Assembly: GCA_964543125.1 (NCBI GenBank)
Contig: CAZIWX010000001.1
Location: 1-58,265 of the forward strand
Source: an uncultured Lentisphaeria bacterium
Lineage (GTDB): Bacteria; Fidelibacterota; UBA8477
Direction: 5' to 3'
Length of the DNA: 58,265 bases
Program-made: the position numbers and the translations under genes
Shown here: in pieces, positions 48,087 to 58,075 of the stretch
Numbering within the stretch: position 1 is the stretch's first letter
Layout of the letters: the number at the start of each line of letters is the position of its first letter
The notes under the pieces: generated by a model
Told to the model about the DNA's origin: nothing
Database searches by the model: none
Seen by the model: the letters and a program-made list of their open reading frames with translations, nothing else

Positions 48087-48297
48087 AAACCCTTGTTTTT
48101 CAACATCTTCTTCACAATCCCCGGCAAAGCAGCGCAATATAGCCGTCGGTTTGAGGAAAAACAATGTTTGGATGTTTCACAATCAGGCTACGAATTACAA
48201 AACTGATTTGAAATGTAAAACCCGAATTACCGCGGCCCTTTCCCTTGAATTGTCCGCTCCACGCATCTAAATTCGAGTCCCAAATAAAGGATAGTGA

Positions 48298-48624
48298 ATG
48301 TTTCTCGGAACCGTGGTCGGTACCATCTGGTCAACCAAAAAAGTCCCCCCTGTTAAAAACCTGCGTTTTCTGATTGTCCATCCCAAGGGATTGGACAAAG
48401 AGCCTAATCAAAACATGGTCATTGTAGCTGATGTTCTGGGGGCGGGGGTGGGTGAAGACGTCATCTGCGCTTATGGCCACGCGGCACGCAAAGCGATTCA
48501 GCCCGACAATCCCGCCGAGTTGGCCATCGAAGCGGCCGTGATTGGTATCGTGGATTCGCTGGAAACCGACAGCGATGTCGTGACCCGGGTCATGACCGGA
48601 ACCACCAAGGTTACCCGGCTATAA
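48298..48624 (+). CDS. EutN/CcmL-family bacterial microcompartment vertex (BMC-P) protein
   Basis: MFLGTVVGTIWSTKK...LRFLIV...VIVADVLGAGVGEDVI...AIEAAVIGIVDSL aligns block for block with E. coli EutN as I recall it (MKLAVVTGQIVCT...AIDNIGAGTGEWVL...VIGIVDEV). Confidence 0.8.
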   Translation: MFLGTVVGTIWSTKKVPPVKNLRFLIVHPKGLDKEPNQNMVIVADVLGAGVGEDVICAYGHAARKAIQPDNPAELAIEAAVIGIVDSLETDSDVVTRVMTGTTKVTRL

Positions 48625-48647
48625 CCAACAATTGAATCGGAATCAGA

Positions 48648-49076
48648 ATGGCATTATCTGAAGAACAAATTCGTAATATCGTGGTCTCCATTCGGGAAAA
48701 GCTGGGTCCGGAAGCAACGCCTGACCTGATCAAAACCGCCGCCGTTGAAGCCATTCGTGAAATTGAACACCAAGCGACGCCCACTGGTGAATCCAACACC
48801 CTTACAGATCGTGTGATTGTCTCCATCTTCGGCCATAATAAAATGGGAATTCTGGCGGGTGTGACCGGTATCCTGGCTAATAATCAGTGCAATATTGTTG
48901 ACATCTCCCAGAAAATTATGGGTGAGTTATTCACCATGATTATGGTCGTGGATATCAGTGGTAGTCCGCTTAGCATGGACGGATTAAAAGATCAGCTAAC
49001 CCATACCGCCACAAAGTTGGGAATTAAGATCTTCGTTCAGAACGAAGCTATTTTCACGGCCATGGACCGGCTTTAG
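48648..49076 (+). CDS. ACT-domain protein of the UPF0237 type, with a 55-aa N-terminal extension
   Basis: The C-terminal 87 aa (VIVSIFGHNKMGILAGVTGILA...DISQKIMGELFTMIMVVD...IFVQNEAIFTAMDRL) match the stand-alone roughly 90-aa ACT family. An alternative GTG at 48813 would give the canonical short form. Confidence 0.75.
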   Translation: MALSEEQIRNIVVSIREKLGPEATPDLIKTAAVEAIREIEHQATPTGESNTLTDRVIVSIFGHNKMGILAGVTGILANNQCNIVDISQKIMGELFTMIMVVDISGSPLSMDGLKDQLTHTATKLGIKIFVQNEAIFTAMDRL

Positions 49077-49455
49077 GTCGATTCACGAGCCACGCAGTTC
49101 ACTTAAAAATAATATTATTAATGAATCAGCATCCTAGAGGATTAGCCGATCTGGCCGGTTGATTCCCGGCGCTAAAAAGAATTAATTCGTGTTTGAAGAG
49201 TTCTTGTCCGCAGCACCGGGTTTCAGTCCCCTACTCCAGGATATCTATTGGTCTAAAGCCCTATATTTTCATATATATACGAAACCACGAGCTAAAGTTC
49301 GCGGCAACGGAGACCGGCACTGATTCTTACTTGAGAAAGCCTGGTTTTAGCTTTTCCCGGGTATTTTCCTTCGGCTGCATTCGATTCCTTCCATGCTCCG
49401 ATTTTGTTTGCCGCCCACCGGTCTCCAACTTCTCACTTTTGAATTCCACCTGCTT

Positions 49456-50694
49456 TTATTCTTCCTTCAACTCCTGTGTAAGAAGTGTCTTGGGCTCTTT
49501 TAATAGCAAACTCAGTAACAAACCCACTCCCATCAGGATAATTAAAATAGTGAGGGCTGAAGTCATGGAACCATCTGTTGGTGATTTAAAGGCATCCATG
49601 GCAAAAATAAAAATAATTCCCGAGATCTGACCCATGAGGATCAACAGGCCGTTGGATGTCCCTTCGGGTGTTGGATAGGTCGTTTCGGCACCGAGTTGAA
49701 AACCAATGGGACCCGCACTCAACAGAAAAAATCCTAAAAGAAATGCGCCGGTGAGAACCATGGCATAGTCATGAGTATAAGTTACTCCGGCCAAGCCGAT
49801 GGTGGCGCCGGTCAGAGCAATGACGATGAAGGGAATACGCTTACGCAGGTGATCGGATAGTAACGGTAAAATAATAGCCCCGAGAATACCGCCTCCAATC
49901 ATGATTCCGCCTACCGTGCCGGCCTGGGTAACCGAAAATCCTCTGGGCCGCAGGATATCTTCAATCCAGGTTGTAACTGCATTGAAAACACCCAAACCAA
50001 CGAAAAAGATGATCAGCAACAAAATAAAATCCCGCTGGTGGATGATCTGCTTTAGACCGTCGAAAACCAACGAGCGCGCTTCCAACTCCGGTGGACAGGG
50101 AGGCGTCGGGGGGTGTTCCCTGGCAAATGCCAAAAAGATGATTGCCGCTAAAACCGCGGCTACTCCAAAAATCATAAGCATTTCAATAAACCCATACGTG
50201 ATTGTGAGGTAAGGCGTCAAAGCCACGCCCCCTAGAATTCCGAGATAGATGGCCAGCGTGCCCAAACCAACGGCAGTAGCCCGTTCATGGACCGGGAACC
50301 ATTTCGCGCCCACGCTGGTTACCGCATTTAATACAAAGGGCTGACCGATGGCGATTCCGATTTGAGCGAGCATCACCAGCATATAATTATCCGATACCAG
50401 TCCCCGCATTAATCCGAATATTCCGGTTAGGACAGCGCCCACACCGACTCCGACTTTGATACCGTAAGTATCAATCGCCCAGGATGCAGGAATTGATACA
50501 GCAATGTAGACGATCATAAAACTCATGGACAACAAGCCCACATACAAATCCGAGACATTATAAAACTTGGCGGCTTCGACCGTTACCGGCGCAAAGGTGA
50601 TCCAGAGAAGTTGATTCAGAGCTACAATGACCATATAGGCAATCAGAACGACCCAGCGATATCCGTAAACCTTAAAATCCGAGTGCGATACCAT
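49456..50694 (-). CDS. MFS transporter
   Basis: 412 aa with 12 predicted TM helices in a 6+6 arrangement and a central loop. Confidence 0.8.
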   Translation of the reverse strand: MVSHSDFKVYGYRWVVLIAYMVIVALNQLLWITFAPVTVEAAKFYNVSDLYVGLLSMSFMIVYIAVSIPASWAIDTYGIKVGVGVGAVLTGIFGLMRGLVSDNYMLVMLAQIGIAIGQPFVLNAVTSVGAKWFPVHERATAVGLGTLAIYLGILGGVALTPYLTITYGFIEMLMIFGVAAVLAAIIFLAFAREHPPTPPCPPELEARSLVFDGLKQIIHQRDFILLLIIFFVGLGVFNAVTTWIEDILRPRGFSVTQAGTVGGIMIGGGILGAIILPLLSDHLRKRIPFIVIALTGATIGLAGVTYTHDYAMVLTGAFLLGFFLLSAGPIGFQLGAETTYPTPEGTSNGLLILMGQISGIIFIFAMDAFKSPTDGSMTSALTILIILMGVGLLLSLLLKEPKTLLTQELKEE

Positions 50695-50844
50695 TTTTAA
50701 TCTCCTGTTTTCTATCAGCTAAATTCAAACTGCTGGCTGTTTTCAAGCCTCGGGAGCAGTCATTAGGATCAGTTGTGCGTGAGCGCTTGTGGCTGGAAAA
50801 TAATGCTAGAGGAAATTATTTACTAAAGAAATTTGGCGGATGGA

Positions 50845-51753
50845 TTACCCTTCCAATGCATGCCACAGGTAGAAAGTCGCCAATCCACGGTACGGCTTCC
50901 AGGTCTCCCCCATTTCGCGCACTTGAGCTTCATCCGGCCGCTCGGGTAAACCGTAGAGAATTTGGATGGACCGCTGGAGTCCGATATCAGCCGCGGGCAG
51001 GTAATCCACCCGGCCAAAAGCCATCATGCCAACATATTCAGCAGTCCAACGCCCAACACCCCGGAGTTGAACCAATTCATTGAGCAGGGCGTCATCATCC
51101 AGGTAAGTCATGGACTTAGGCGCCAGAGAACCGGTACGCAAGCCGGCCGCAATGTCCAGAATATATTCTGATTTCCGCCTGCTGAATTGAAGCGGCCGCA
51201 GATCTGCCGGCGTTATACCCCGCATATCCAAAGGTCTGGGAAAGAGATGATGCTCAAGGCCGCACCACTGCACGATTTTACCGAACTGGCGGATGAAACG
51301 CTCCCGGAGACTTGCGGCGAAAGCAACATTGAGCTGTTGATCGATGATGGCGGTGGTCAGAGCCTCGAAAAATGAGTGTTTCCTTAAAAAGGTGAATCCA
51401 TGGAGTTGGCGTGTCACTTTAGCCAAAACCGGATCCCCGGCAACATGGTCGTAGAAGCCGGGCAAATCCACCTGGGTTTGGAATAAATCATGAAAGTAGT
51501 GCTTCACCTTTTCGGCCGTGGTTTCTCCGCCGGCTATATCCCACTCAACCCTCAAATGCGGGATATCAACCGTCCCGGTAGCCGTGACCATGGCGCCCAC
51601 GATGGCGTCACCCACGGGAAAAACACCCGTCATACGATTAGCCTTTACCAATTCCGTAAGTTGGAACGGTGCGCGGGTGACATCCCGAAATGCTCGCTGA
51701 AAATCGAAAGGTCCGGTAAGGTTGAGTTCAAATGCCCGGATTCGCAACCTCAA
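50845..51753 (-). CDS. DNA-3-methyladenine glycosylase II-type HhH-GPD base-excision enzyme (AlkA-like)
   Basis: HhH-GPD region ...LVQLRGVGRWTAEYVGMMAFGRVDYLPAADIGLQ... with the catalytic Asp. Confidence 0.75.
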   Translation of the reverse strand: MRLRIRAFELNLTGPFDFQRAFRDVTRAPFQLTELVKANRMTGVFPVGDAIVGAMVTATGTVDIPHLRVEWDIAGGETTAEKVKHYFHDLFQTQVDLPGFYDHVAGDPVLAKVTRQLHGFTFLRKHSFFEALTTAIIDQQLNVAFAASLRERFIRQFGKIVQWCGLEHHLFPRPLDMRGITPADLRPLQFSRRKSEYILDIAAGLRTGSLAPKSMTYLDDDALLNELVQLRGVGRWTAEYVGMMAFGRVDYLPAADIGLQRSIQILYGLPERPDEAQVREMGETWKPYRGLATFYLWHALEG

Positions 51754-52669
51754 CCTCCTTTACTTTTTTACGCCGCTGATTCAAATCAGCCAATCCAACC
51801 CCACTCAGGATTAATAATCCTCCAAAAATTGTTTTGAGAGTGAGCGCTTCCCCCAACAGGAACCATCCGAAAAAAGTTGCCAACAAGGGAACAAAAAAGG
51901 TAGAGTAGCTGAGGGTTACCACGGAAAAATGTTTAAATAGCCAGAAATACATTGTAAAGGCGATGGCTGATCCAAAAACGGCCAGATACATCACGGCAAG
52001 GATAGCGGAACGGGTCAGGTGAACGGCTTGCCAATCCTCTGAAATCGCGGAACCCGCCAGCAGACCGATGGCACCGATGAACATCCCGGTCATGTTCATC
52101 ACCAGCGCACCCTCGGATTCCACATGTTTTTTATAATAGACATTGGAAGCAGCGCTTCCGGCGACTGAAAGTAAAACCAGGATGATGCCCTTGATCGCGT
52201 TTACATCCAAGGCTTGCCACTGTCCCTGAACGATGAAAATGGTTCCCGTGATTGAGATTAAAATACCGATAAATCGCGAATAATTAAGGTGTTCATCAGG
52301 GAGCATGAAATGAGCAAACAGACTCACTATCAACGGCATGGTAACCCATAAAATCGCTGTAACGCTACTGTAAATATAGAGAGTGCCCCAATAGGTCAGG
52401 CCATAACCAAAAAAGAAATTTCCCAGTCCGATGACAAAATACAGTTTAAGCGATTCCCGGTTAAAGCGTATCCGCCGGCCCTTAATCCAAACAATCAATA
52501 ACAAAAGCCCGGATGCAATAAAAAAGCGAATTGCCGCGGACAGGAACGGGGGGATATCCGCGATGCTGATCTTGATCGCCATCCAGGTTGTTCCCCAGAT
52601 TAGCACCACCAAGGCATAAGCCGCAAATAACCACCCGCGATATACCGTCAAAGGTCTGTTCCTTCGCAT
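51728..52669 (-). CDS. EamA/DMT-superfamily transporter
   Basis: 10 TM helices in two EamA repeats. Its 3' end overlaps the AlkA-like start by 26 nt. Confidence 0.8.
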   Translation of the reverse strand: MRRNRPLTVYRGWLFAAYALVVLIWGTTWMAIKISIADIPPFLSAAIRFFIASGLLLLIVWIKGRRIRFNRESLKLYFVIGLGNFFFGYGLTYWGTLYIYSSVTAILWVTMPLIVSLFAHFMLPDEHLNYSRFIGILISITGTIFIVQGQWQALDVNAIKGIILVLLSVAGSAASNVYYKKHVESEGALVMNMTGMFIGAIGLLAGSAISEDWQAVHLTRSAILAVMYLAVFGSAIAFTMYFWLFKHFSVVTLSYSTFFVPLLATFFGWFLLGEALTLKTIFGGLLILSGVGLADLNQRRKKVKEVEVANPGI

Positions 52670-52759
52670 CCCGTTGGATTCAAAATGAAAGAAACCCCGT
52701 CCCGGGGCGAGGTCTCATGAAAATGATACAACTGGTACCTTCCGGTGGAGTAGGCCGGG

Positions 52760-53656
52760 CTATTTTTTCGTTTTAATGCTGCGGGCCTGCCAGGCAATCA
52801 GGATCGGACTGGCAATGAAGATGGATGAATAAGTTCCGATAAAGATACCCACGATCAATGCAAAAGCGAAGGGCCGGATGACCTCACCGCCCAGGGTCCA
52901 TAAGGTCAAAACCGACAGCATGGTCGTTCCGGAAGTGATCAGGGTTCGGTTCAGGGTTTCATTGATACTGATATTCACGATATTCTTGTAGCTCTCGCGG
53001 CGCATAATATTCACATTTTCCCGGATTCGATCATAAACCACAATCGTATCATTGAGTGAGTACCCCACAATCGTGAGGAACGCGGCAATTACCGTCAGGC
53101 TGATTTCCATATTCAACAGGGAAAAAGCGCCCAGGGTGATGAGCACATCATGGATCAAGGCAACAATGGCGCCCACCGCGTACATAAACTGGAACCGAAT
53201 GGAGATGTAAATAACAATCCCCACCATGGCGATGAGAATCGCACTCAGGGCGTCACCGCGCAGCTCTTTACCGATTTTGGCGGAAACAGCTCCCAATTGA
53301 CGAATTTCATAGCCGTTTTCGCCATCAATCGAAGCAAAAGCTGCTCGAATCCGGGGCAGTTGGCCCTCGGCCATGGTTGCAATGCGTACTAAAAATTCAT
53401 TTCCCGAGCCAAAGCGCTGAATAACCGCCTGGCCATTACTCACCGGGTTCATCGCATCCCGCACCTGACTCACCTGAATATCTTTGGTGAAACGTACCTG
53501 AATCAGGGTACCTCCTTCAAAATCAATACTGTATTTGATTCCGCCCCGGAATATTTCACTAAAAATACCGAACGAGATCAGGATTATCGAAATCGTGACG
53601 GCGATCTTCCGATTCCCAACAAAATCAATATGCGCGCCTTTAATTAGCTCTAGCAT
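52760..53656 (-). CDS. secF: Protein translocase subunit SecF
   Basis: 298 aa. SecF N-terminus (...IDFVGNRKIA...SIDFEGGT...) and an RND-like 6-TM core. Confidence 0.92.
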   Translation of the reverse strand: MLELIKGAHIDFVGNRKIAVTISIILISFGIFSEIFRGGIKYSIDFEGGTLIQVRFTKDIQVSQVRDAMNPVSNGQAVIQRFGSGNEFLVRIATMAEGQLPRIRAAFASIDGENGYEIRQLGAVSAKIGKELRGDALSAILIAMVGIVIYISIRFQFMYAVGAIVALIHDVLITLGAFSLLNMEISLTVIAAFLTIVGYSLNDTIVVYDRIRENVNIMRRESYKNIVNISINETLNRTLITSGTTMLSVLTLWTLGGEVIRPFAFALIVGIFIGTYSSIFIASPILIAWQARSIKTKK

Positions 53657-53669
53657 CGCTTCCGACTCC

Positions 53670-55550
53670 TTAAATACTCAGCTTGGTTAGTGTCCGCCGT
53701 TCGGTGAACATGTTGTAAATCGTCCGCGACACAAAAATAGCGGTTACCATGGAGGAAAGAATTCCCCAGAATAGCACCGTTGCAAAGCCTTTGACCGTTC
53801 CGGTTCCGAACTGCCATAACACCAATGCCGCCAGAAGGGTCGTGATGTTAGCATCCAAAATTGTTGTAATGGCTTTTCCATAGCCTGTATCGATACCAGC
53901 CCGCACGGTTTTCCCACGGCGGAGTTCTTCGCGAATACGTTCAAAGATCAGTACATTGGCATCTACCGACATACCTACCGTCAGGATCAAACCGGCAATA
54001 CCGGGTAGGGTGAGCGTTGCCCCTAAACCTGCTAAAATTGCCAACGTAAACAGTAAATTCAAGAACAGCGCAAAATCCGCAATGAGACCGGAGCCTTTGT
54101 AATAAATGGCCATAAAGACCACAACGAGGATAAATCCCAGGATCGCTGCATTAGTTCCCTGACGGACCGAGTCGGCTCCCAGGGAAGCGCCCACGGAACG
54201 TTCCTCCTCAATCAGCATGGGTGCCGGTAAAGCGCCGGCTCGCAACACTACCGCCATATGTTTGGCATCGGTGATGTCATTCAAACCTTCAATTTGGGTA
54301 CGGCCATCGCTAATTTTGTTTCGAATTACCGGCGCCATTTGAACCCGGCCATCCAGCACGATAGCAACCCGTTTGTCAACATTAGCGGCTGTAATCTCAG
54401 CCCATTTTTTAGCGCCTTCGCCATTCATATTCAAATGCACTACGAACTCGGCCCCGGAAAAGCCACCCATAGCCTCCTTGGCATCGGTGATCACATCACC
54501 GTTGAGTTCGGCTTCTTTTTTTAACAGGTACAACGGCCAATACTTCTGGCCATTACCCTGAATATCACGGGGTTCGGTACCCCAGGCAATCCGGCTGTCA
54601 AAGGGAATTGCGTTCTGAATTGCCGGCTGTTCCAAATGTGCCTTTACCAACCGATAATTTTTTTGAGGAACCCAGATGACGTTGCTACCCACACTCAACA
54701 AAGATGAAAAGGGGCGATTGGCATCACCTTGTCCCTGAATGGCGAGTGAATCTCCACTTTCTTCACCTAGTAATTCCTGGAGTGAGCTTAGTTCGGCCGT
54801 GGTATCACCCGTGGTGGTTGCAGCGGCGGCCGATTCCACTCCCGTGGAATCACCGCTTTTCTCGGCGTTGACTTCCACCCAGGCCTTATCGACTTTATTG
54901 ATGACATCCTGAAGCAACTGGCTGTCTTCCCGCACCAATACGAATTCCAACAATGCCGTTTCCTGGATGAGGCTCCGGGCCTGAGCCTGATTGGTTACCC
55001 CCGCCAACTCCACGATAACCCGCCATTGACCCTGACGCTGAATGTTTGGTTCAGCGACGCCAAATTGGTCAACCCGGTTACGAATAATTTCTTCCGCCCG
55101 ATCAACCGCATCTTTGGCGTCCTTCTCCAGGGCATCCACCACATCATCATTGGGTCCCTTTTCATAGGATGGGAAATAGAGTGCCAATCGAATGTTTTGA
55201 GCATTCGCCTGCCGTTTGAAGACAGTGAAAAAGTCTGTTTCATTTTCACGGGATTCGTTTAAAGCAGAATCAATGAGAGCGATAATTTTATCGTCCAAAC
55301 CGGCTTTGCGAACACGGGATTTGAGCAATTTTTCCAAATCCACTTCGAGAACCACATGCATGCCGCCCTGAAGATCCAAGCCCGGATGAATAATCTTTTT
55401 TTCAAGATCTTCAAGTTTGCCCTGGGTGGACAATTCCTTTATTTCGGCATTCGTAAGTGAATGATACTTAAAGGAGGGATACAGGACGTACGCAGCAATA
55501 AGTATGAGCAGTACGACGAAAGATACGCGGGACCATAATTTACCAGACAT
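53670..55550 (-). CDS. secD: Protein translocase subunit SecD
   Basis: GLDLQGGMHVVLEVD motif, a large periplasmic domain and a C-terminal 6-TM core. The start is trimmed to ATG 55550 (MSGKLWSRV...). Confidence 0.92.
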   Translation of the reverse strand: MSGKLWSRVSFVVLLILIAAYVLYPSFKYHSLTNAEIKELSTQGKLEDLEKKIIHPGLDLQGGMHVVLEVDLEKLLKSRVRKAGLDDKIIALIDSALNESRENETDFFTVFKRQANAQNIRLALYFPSYEKGPNDDVVDALEKDAKDAVDRAEEIIRNRVDQFGVAEPNIQRQGQWRVIVELAGVTNQAQARSLIQETALLEFVLVREDSQLLQDVINKVDKAWVEVNAEKSGDSTGVESAAAATTTGDTTAELSSLQELLGEESGDSLAIQGQGDANRPFSSLLSVGSNVIWVPQKNYRLVKAHLEQPAIQNAIPFDSRIAWGTEPRDIQGNGQKYWPLYLLKKEAELNGDVITDAKEAMGGFSGAEFVVHLNMNGEGAKKWAEITAANVDKRVAIVLDGRVQMAPVIRNKISDGRTQIEGLNDITDAKHMAVVLRAGALPAPMLIEEERSVGASLGADSVRQGTNAAILGFILVVVFMAIYYKGSGLIADFALFLNLLFTLAILAGLGATLTLPGIAGLILTVGMSVDANVLIFERIREELRRGKTVRAGIDTGYGKAITTILDANITTLLAALVLWQFGTGTVKGFATVLFWGILSSMVTAIFVSRTIYNMFTERRTLTKLSI

Positions 55551-55652
55551 GCTTGTCTTTATCCTCCGATATTCATTATCAAAGCTTGCGCTTAGCACCT
55601 TCGTTCGGGCAAAAGCGCGGCAATATAACGGCCACCCTAAGGGTTGTCAAAC

Positions 55653-56654
55653 CTAATAACCGCGTGATTTATCTACAATTCCCGTTAAAGGTTGACCCAG
55701 CAGAAAGCCTTTGAGTTTATTAGCGAAGTCAATGGTTGCAGCATCCACATAACCCGGGTAATTCCCGGCAATATGGGGCGTCATGAATAGATTCGGAATA
55801 TTGAACAAATCGGAGGTGGGCGGCAAGGGCTCGGTCGCGTAGACATCAATGGCGGCGGCGGCAAATAATTTTTGCCGAAGAGCTTGCCCCAAAGCCACTT
55901 CGTTCAGCACGGCGCCCCTGGAAACATTAATGAAAAAAGCGTTGGGTTTCATGGCTTTAAATTCCCGCATACCCACCATCTGCCGGGTCTCTTCCGTCAG
56001 GGGTACGGTAACCACAACGCAGTCGGATTCGGATAGCAATTGGAGCAGACGCAAGCGGGGGTAAACAACGTCAAAATTAGGCAGCACCGAATCCCGGGCA
56101 CTCACGGTCCGTTTTAAGCCGATAGGCCGCATTCCAAATGCTCGCCCCAAACGCGCCACCTCCAAACCAATGGCGCCCGCGCCAATAATCCCCAGCGTCT
56201 GGCCTTGCAAAATGCGAATATTGGCCGCAACCTGCCATTGCATCCATTCCCGCGACTGGCGAAACTGCTGAACCCGGTAATATTGCTTGCTCAGGTACAA
56301 CAACATGCTGAAGACGGATTCCGCTACCGGGATCCGGGTGATATTATCGGCATGGGTGATAAGCACATCACTGGTTTGCAAAGCGTGAGACCAGGTGTGA
56401 TCAATTCCGTCTGATCCGATATGTAGCCAGGATAGTCGCTCGGCACGACTGAAAACTTCCGGTGAGATCGAAAAACAGACCACTACATCCGCATTTATAA
56501 TTTCCCGGGACAAAATCTTCTGATTGGGGCAAAATGCGTAATTGATCTGATCGTCGGGAACGATCTGACGGATCAGCCCAACCATGCGGTCGAAGCGTTC
56601 CTGACGACTGGTCGCCTGAATGGCAATTTTGATCTTTGACTGGGGCAAATTCAC
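55653..56654 (-). CDS. D-isomer-specific 2-hydroxyacid dehydrogenase family protein
   Basis: NAD site GIIGAGAIGLEVARLGRAFGM and catalytic region ...NVSRGAVL...TPHIAG. Confidence 0.85.
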   Translation of the reverse strand: MNLPQSKIKIAIQATSRQERFDRMVGLIRQIVPDDQINYAFCPNQKILSREIINADVVVCFSISPEVFSRAERLSWLHIGSDGIDHTWSHALQTSDVLITHADNITRIPVAESVFSMLLYLSKQYYRVQQFRQSREWMQWQVAANIRILQGQTLGIIGAGAIGLEVARLGRAFGMRPIGLKRTVSARDSVLPNFDVVYPRLRLLQLLSESDCVVVTVPLTEETRQMVGMREFKAMKPNAFFINVSRGAVLNEVALGQALRQKLFAAAAIDVYATEPLPPTSDLFNIPNLFMTPHIAGNYPGYVDAATIDFANKLKGFLLGQPLTGIVDKSRGY

Positions 56655-56713
56655 CTCTGTGTCAATAGTAAATCAAGGTCAGTGGATTAAAATTTAAAAT
56701 TATCAAATGAAAA

Positions 56714-58075
56714 CTAATTGGTCAGACTTTGAATCGGCGCCTGTACACGGCCCCCCCGCTGAATAAAAACACGGGCCTTGAGTTGACTCACTGCCATTAC
56801 CGGTGCCGATCCCAGCAATCCGCCATAATGGACTAGAGCACCCGGTTTCTTGCCGGGCACCGGAATAATCCTCACGGCCGTCGTCTTGGTATTGATCATA
56901 CCAATTGCGCATTCATCGGCAATAATGGCGGAAATGGTATCGGCTGGTGTATCTCCCGGAATCGCCAGCATATCCAGTCCCACGGAGCATACCGAAGTCA
57001 TGGCTTCTAATTTTTCCAACGAAATATGTCCGGCCCGAACGGCATCAATCATCCCCTGATCTTCACTTACCGGGATGAAGGCTCCGGACATTCCACCCAC
57101 CGAGCGTGAGGCCATGGCGCCGCCCTTTTTTACCGCATCATTCAAAATTGCTAATGCCGCCGTGGTACCGGGCCCACCCACATCTTCCAGTCCCATGGCC
57201 TTTAATATTTCAGCCACGCTATCACCGGGTGCCGGCGTGGGCGCCATGGAAAGATCCACAATGCCAAACTCAACCCCCAATCGCCGAGCCACGGTCCGGC
57301 CGATCAGGTCACCCGCCCGGGTAATTTTAAATACGGTCCGTTTGATGCCTTCCGCCAAATCCTGGAAACTGGCGCCCGACATGGCTTTGATGGTATCCAG
57401 TACTACACCGGGTCCACTGATTCCCACATTGATCACGGTTTCCGGCTCACTCACACCGTGAAAGGCTCCGGCGACAAACGGATTGTCCTCCACCGCGTTA
57501 CAAAAGACCACGAATTTTGCACAACCAACACCGCCGGCCTCGGATGTGCGTTCAGCCAGATCTTTGACGATATGGCCCATACGGGCCACCATATCCATAT
57601 TTATTCCAGCCTTGGTAGATGCCACATTCACTGAAGAAGTGATATGCTGGGTGCTGCCAATCGCTTCCGGAATCGAATCGATCAACGCGCGATCACCCGG
57701 CGTGCACCCCTTTTGCACCAGGGCGCTAAATCCCGCCAGGAAATCCACACCCACTGTCTCGGCGGCCTTATCCAGCGTTTGGGCCAGTTTCACAAAACCG
57801 TCCCGATCGAATCGATCAGCCACAATTGCTAACGGTGTAATGGCGATCCGTTTATTTACAATGGCAATGCCCAATTCCCGTTCCACACTCTGAGCAACGC
57901 TAATCAGCTTCCCGGCCCGGCTGGTAATTTTGTCATAGATCGCCTGACACGTCCGATCCAGGGATTCATAAGCGCAATCACGTAAACTGATCCCCAGGGT
58001 TGTCGTACGGATATCAAGATGCTCCACCTCGGTCATTCTAAGGATTTCCAGGATTTCGTCAATCTGCCATGCCAT
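56714..58075 (-). CDS. UPF0210 (DUF711, PFL-like) family protein
   Basis: 453 aa. The N-terminus ...[27 protein letters not shown]... is characteristic of UPF0210. Confidence 0.85.
   Translation of the reverse strand: MAWQIDEILEILRMTEVEHLDIRTTTLGISLRDCAYESLDRTCQAIYDKITSRAGKLISVAQSVERELGIAIVNKRIAITPLAIVADRFDRDGFVKLAQTLDKAAETVGVDFLAGFSALVQKGCTPGDRALIDSIPEAIGSTQHITSSVNVASTKAGINMDMVARMGHIVKDLAERTSEAGGVGCAKFVVFCNAVEDNPFVAGAFHGVSEPETVINVGISGPGVVLDTIKAMSGASFQDLAEGIKRTVFKITRAGDLIGRTVARRLGVEFGIVDLSMAPTPAPGDSVAEILKAMGLEDVGGPGTTAALAILNDAVKKGGAMASRSVGGMSGAFIPVSEDQGMIDAVRAGHISLEKLEAMTSVCSVGLDMLAIPGDTPADTISAIIADECAIGMINTKTTAVRIIPVPGKKPGALVHYGGLLGSAPVMAVSQLKARVFIQRGGRVQAPIQSLTN

Noticed and set aside
48173-48180. 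TGTTTCAC upstream of parA as a parS centromere site
   Set aside because: Only the first half of the 16-bp parS palindrome (TGTTNCACGTGAAACA) is present. The second half does not match. I found no full parS by eye anywhere in the window.
48087-48297. oriC next to parAB
   Set aside because: There is no cluster of DnaA boxes (TTATCCACA-like) and no AT-rich unwinding repeats in this 211-bp divergent region. Only isolated 8/9 matches occur elsewhere, for example near 12060.
49193-49630. 145-aa plus-strand ORF downstream of the ACT gene
   Set aside because: It has a non-ATG start and a Ser/Phe/Cys-rich low-complexity translation, and it runs antisense into the 3' end of the MFS gene. Not credible as a gene.
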